Shown here piece by piece: positions 56,706-59,694 of a stretch of 59,694 bases of DNA. The notes beneath the pieces were generated by a model. That model was not told where the DNA came from. It did not search any database and saw only the letters and a list, made by a program, of their open reading frames with translations. A program made the translations under genes and the position numbers. Source of the stretch: an uncultured Hydrogenophaga sp. (GTDB lineage Bacteria > Pseudomonadota > Gammaproteobacteria > Burkholderiales > Burkholderiaceae_C); assembly GCA_964442375.1 (NCBI GenBank), contig CAYUAH010000001.1, positions 1 through 59,694 of the forward strand, written 5' to 3'. Numbering within the stretch: position 1 is the stretch's first letter; every line of letters begins with the position of its first letter.

Positions 56706-58124
56706 TCAAACGAGGGTCTTGCCGGGGTTCATCAGGTTCAATGGGTCCAGCGCCTGTTTGATTGCGCGCATGAGGGCCATCTCCAGCGGCGCCTTGTAGC
56801 GGGCCGATTCGTCCCGCCGCAGCACGCCCAGGCCGTGTTCGGCCGAGATGGAGCCACCACAGGCCGACACGGCGTCGTGCACCAGGCGGTTGAGCGGCCC
56901 CTCCAGCGCCACGAAGGCGGTGCTGTGTTCGGCCCCCAGCCGGTCGGCGGCGGGCGAGAGGTTGAAGTGCAGGTTGCCGTCGCCCAAGTGGCCAAACACC
57001 ACCAGGCGCACGCCCTCGAATTGCGACGCGATGGCCTCGCTGGTTCGCTCGATGAACTCGGCAATGCGCGAGATCGGCAGGGCGATGTCGTGTTTGATGG
57101 TTTTGCCTTCGGCGCCCTGCGCCTCCGAGATGTCTTCGCGCAAGGCCCACAGGGCCTGGAACTGCGACAGGCTGCTGGACAGGGCGGCGTCGCTCACCCA
57201 TTCGTTTTCCATGGCCAGGCCCAGCAAGGCCTCCATGGCCGCGTTGGCGTGGACCTCGTCCTGGCTGTCGCTGACCTCGATCAGTACGTACCAGGGCGAG
57301 CGCTCGGCCAGCGGGCAGCGCGCGGCGGCCACGTGTTTTTCGACCAGGGCCAGACAGGTGTCGCTCATCAGCTCGAAGGCGGTGAGGCTGGCCGACAAGG
57401 CCTGCTGTGCCGCTTGAAGCAAGGCGGTGGCGGCAGCGGGCGAAGGCACCGCCGCCAGGGCCACGGCCTGGGCCGCGGGTTGGGGAAACAGCTTGAGCGT
57501 GGCGCCGGTGATCACGCCCAGCGTGCCTTCGCTGCCGATGTAGAGGTCGCGCAGGCTGTAGCCCGTGTTGTCCTTGCGCAGACCGCGCAGCCCGTCCCAC
57601 AACTCGCCTTGGGGCGTGACGACTTCGAGGCCCAGGCACAGCTCGCGTGCGTTGCCGTAGCGCAGCACCTGCACGCCACCGGCGTTGGTGGCCAGGTTGC
57701 CGCCGATGGTGCAGCTGCCCTCGGCCGCCAGGCTCAGTGGGAACAGGCGGCCAGCCTGCGCTGCTGCTTCTTGCAGCTGTTGCAGCGTCACGCCGGCATC
57801 GACTGTCACGGTGTTGTTGACCGGGTCGATGGCGCGCACGCGGTTCAAGCGCGTCAGCGACAGCACCAGGGCTCGCCCACAGGTGTCGGGTGTGGCGCCG
57901 CCAGACAGGCCGGTGTTGCCGCCCTGCGGCACCACCGGCACCTGATGGGTGTGGCACCAGCGCAGCACGGCGGCCACGTCGGCTGGGCTGTCAGGTTGGG
58001 CCACGGCCAGCGCCAGGCCGGTCCATTTGTGGCGCCAGTCGCTCAGAAAGGGTGCCATGTCGGCGGGCTCGGACAACAGCCGGCCCGCGAAGGCCTCGCG
58101 CAGGGAGGTGAGCAGGGGGTTCAT
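56706..58124 (-). CDS. FAD-linked oxidoreductase (D-2-hydroxyacid dehydrogenase-like)
   Basis: 'QGGNTGL', 'ATNAGG', 'LRKDNTGY', 'GHLGDGNLH', 'SAEHG'. Confidence 0.92.
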   Translation of the reverse strand: MNPLLTSLREAFAGRLLSEPADMAPFLSDWRHKWTGLALAVAQPDSPADVAAVLRWCHTHQVPVVPQGGNTGLSGGATPDTCGRALVLSLTRLNRVRAIDPVNNTVTVDAGVTLQQLQEAAAQAGRLFPLSLAAEGSCTIGGNLATNAGGVQVLRYGNARELCLGLEVVTPQGELWDGLRGLRKDNTGYSLRDLYIGSEGTLGVITGATLKLFPQPAAQAVALAAVPSPAAATALLQAAQQALSASLTAFELMSDTCLALVEKHVAAARCPLAERSPWYVLIEVSDSQDEVHANAAMEALLGLAMENEWVSDAALSSSLSQFQALWALREDISEAQGAEGKTIKHDIALPISRIAEFIERTSEAIASQFEGVRLVVFGHLGDGNLHFNLSPAADRLGAEHSTAFVALEGPLNRLVHDAVSACGGSISAEHGLGVLRRDESARYKAPLEMALMRAIKQALDPLNLMNPGKTLV

Positions 58125-58129
58125 GAGGC

Positions 58130-58933
58130 TCAGTACACGCTGGCAGCGGCGGCGGCCGCAGGGGCATCGTTGAAGCGGGTGGCCAGCGCGCGCGCCGACT
58201 GCTTCAGCAAGGTGGTGTCCACGCCCACCGCCACGAAGCGCGCGCCCAGGCCGATGTAGTGGCGGGCCAGGGTTTCGTCGGTGCACAGGATGCCTGGCGC
58301 CTTGCCCGCCGCGAGGATGGAGGCCAGGGCCGCGTCGATGGCGGCGCGCACCACAGGGTGGGCGGGCTGGCCCAGGTGGCCCATGGAGGCCGACAGGTCG
58401 GCGGGGCCGATGAACACGCCGTCCACGCCTTCCACCGCCGCGATCTCGGCCAGCTGCGACAGGGCCGAGGCCGTTTCCACCTGCACGAGCAAGCACACGC
58501 GCTCGTTGGCCTCGTGCAGGTAGTTGGCGTGGCTGTTCCAGCGCGAGGAGCGCGCCAGACCGCTGCCTACGCCACGTGTGCCTTCGGGTGGGTAGCGCAT
58601 GGCGCGCACCAGCTCGCGCGCCTGCTCGGCGGATTCCACCATGGGCACCAGCAGCGTGGTCGCGCCGATTTCCAGCACCTGCTTGATGAGGGTGGGGTTG
58701 CCTTCTGGGATGCGCAGCACCGGGTGCACGGGATAGGGCGCCAGCGCCTGCAGCGTGGCCAGCATCTGGCGCAGGTCGTTGGGCGCATGTTCGCCGTCGA
58801 TCAGCACCCAGTCGAAGCCACAGTCGGCGCAGACCTCGGCCGCATAGGGGTCGGCCAGGCCCAGCCACAGGCCGATCTGGCGTCGGCCGGCCCGCAGGGC
58901 CTGCTTGAAGGCGTTGTCGGGCGTGGCCATCAC
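58130..58933 (-). CDS. hpaI: 4-hydroxy-2-oxoheptanedioate aldolase
   Basis: 'IDGEHAPN', 'PMVESAEQA', 'QVET', 'FIGPADLS'; start is GTG 58933 or ATG 58930. Confidence 0.9.
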   Translation of the reverse strand: MMATPDNAFKQALRAGRRQIGLWLGLADPYAAEVCADCGFDWVLIDGEHAPNDLRQMLATLQALAPYPVHPVLRIPEGNPTLIKQVLEIGATTLLVPMVESAEQARELVRAMRYPPEGTRGVGSGLARSSRWNSHANYLHEANERVCLLVQVETASALSQLAEIAAVEGVDGVFIGPADLSASMGHLGQPAHPVVRAAIDAALASILAAGKAPGILCTDETLARHYIGLGARFVAVGVDTTLLKQSARALATRFNDAPAAAAAASVY

Positions 58934-59694
58934 ACAAACCTCGCGGAGATGGAGCCCAGCGGGCCGTAGTCGGCATGGAACACGTCGCCTGCGGCACAGG
59001 CCACGGGGCGGGTGAAGGAGCCGCCGAGCACGATCTCGCCGGCCCGCAGCGATTCGCCGTACAGCGCCAGCCGGTTGGCCAGCCAGGCCACACCGTTGCC
59101 GGGGTGGTTGAGCACGGCAGCGCCCAGGCCGGATTCCTCGATCACGCCGTTCTTGAACAGCAGCGCGCCGGCCCAGCGCCAGTCCACCGCGTCGGGCCGC
59201 ATGGGGCGCCCGCCGAGCACGATGGCGCCGTTGGCCGCGTTGTCGGCGATGGTGTCCAGCACCTTGCGCGGTGCTTTTGTGTGGCGGTCGAACTGCTCGA
59301 TGCGGGCGTCGATCAGCTCCAGCGCCGGCACCACGTAGTCGGTGGCGTTGAGCACATCGAACAGGGTCACGTTCGGACCTTGCAGCGGCTTGGCCAGGAT
59401 GAAGGCCAGCTCCACTTCAAAGCGCGGCAGGATGAAGCGGCTGGTGGGGATGTCGGCGCCATCGCGCAGCAGCATGTCGTCGAGCAGGGTGCCGTAGTCG
59501 GGCTCGGTGATCTGCGAGGCCAGCTGCATGGCGCGCGAGGTCAAGCCGATCTTGTGGCCGATCACGCGTCGCCCTTCGGCCAAGCACAGGGCCATCCAGG
59601 CGCGCTGGATGGCGTAGCTGTCTTCGATATCCATCTGGGGGTGCAGTTTCGAGAACTGCTCCACCTGCACACGGGTGCGTTGTGCGGCGTGCAA
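58930..59694 (-). CDS. hpaH: 2-oxo-hept-4-ene-1,7-dioate hydratase (5' end outside the window)
   Basis: '[12 protein letters not shown]', 'EPDYG', 'EVELAF', 'DTIADNAA', 'GGSFTRP'. Confidence 0.92.
   Translation of the reverse strand: MHAAQRTRVQVEQFSKLHPQMDIEDSYAIQRAWMALCLAEGRRVIGHKIGLTSRAMQLASQITEPDYGTLLDDMLLRDGADIPTSRFILPRFEVELAFILAKPLQGPNVTLFDVLNATDYVVPALELIDARIEQFDRHTKAPRKVLDTIADNAANGAIVLGGRPMRPDAVDWRWAGALLFKNGVIEESGLGAAVLNHPGNGVAWLANRLALYGESLRAGEIVLGGSFTRPVACAAGDVFHADYGPLGSISARFV

Overview
GC-rich betaproteobacterial DNA; gene content and the many Bug/TctC binding proteins suggest Comamonadaceae. (1) 1-10.6 kb looks like host chromosome: aapJQ amino-acid ABC transporter with a sigma54 promoter, DUF2189, a 2OG-Fe dioxygenase, a Bug protein, a Tat-signal cyanophycinase, DUF3422, aroQ, an orphan histidine kinase and a small lipoprotein. 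(2) At 10573-10621 the displaced 3' half of tRNA-Thr(CGT) marks an att junction, followed by a P4-like tyrosine integrase and an accessory block: higBA, a toxin stub plus XRE antitoxin, an orphan GIY-YIG nuclease, two paralogous XRE/HTH genes and an NYN gene broken by an IS481 remnant. (3) 15.9-59.7 kb is catabolic cargo: two sulfatase modules, a ~24 kb CoA/ester/lactone region, a deletion scar and an hpa-type meta-cleavage operon interleaved with an exported esterase and an FAD dehydrogenase. The ~24 kb region shares a 15-bp GCAT-N2-CWG-N2-HTGC operator at six places, each 33-35 bp upstream of a -10 box. The other end of the island was not found in the window. All assignments come from motif recognition by eye; no database search was run.
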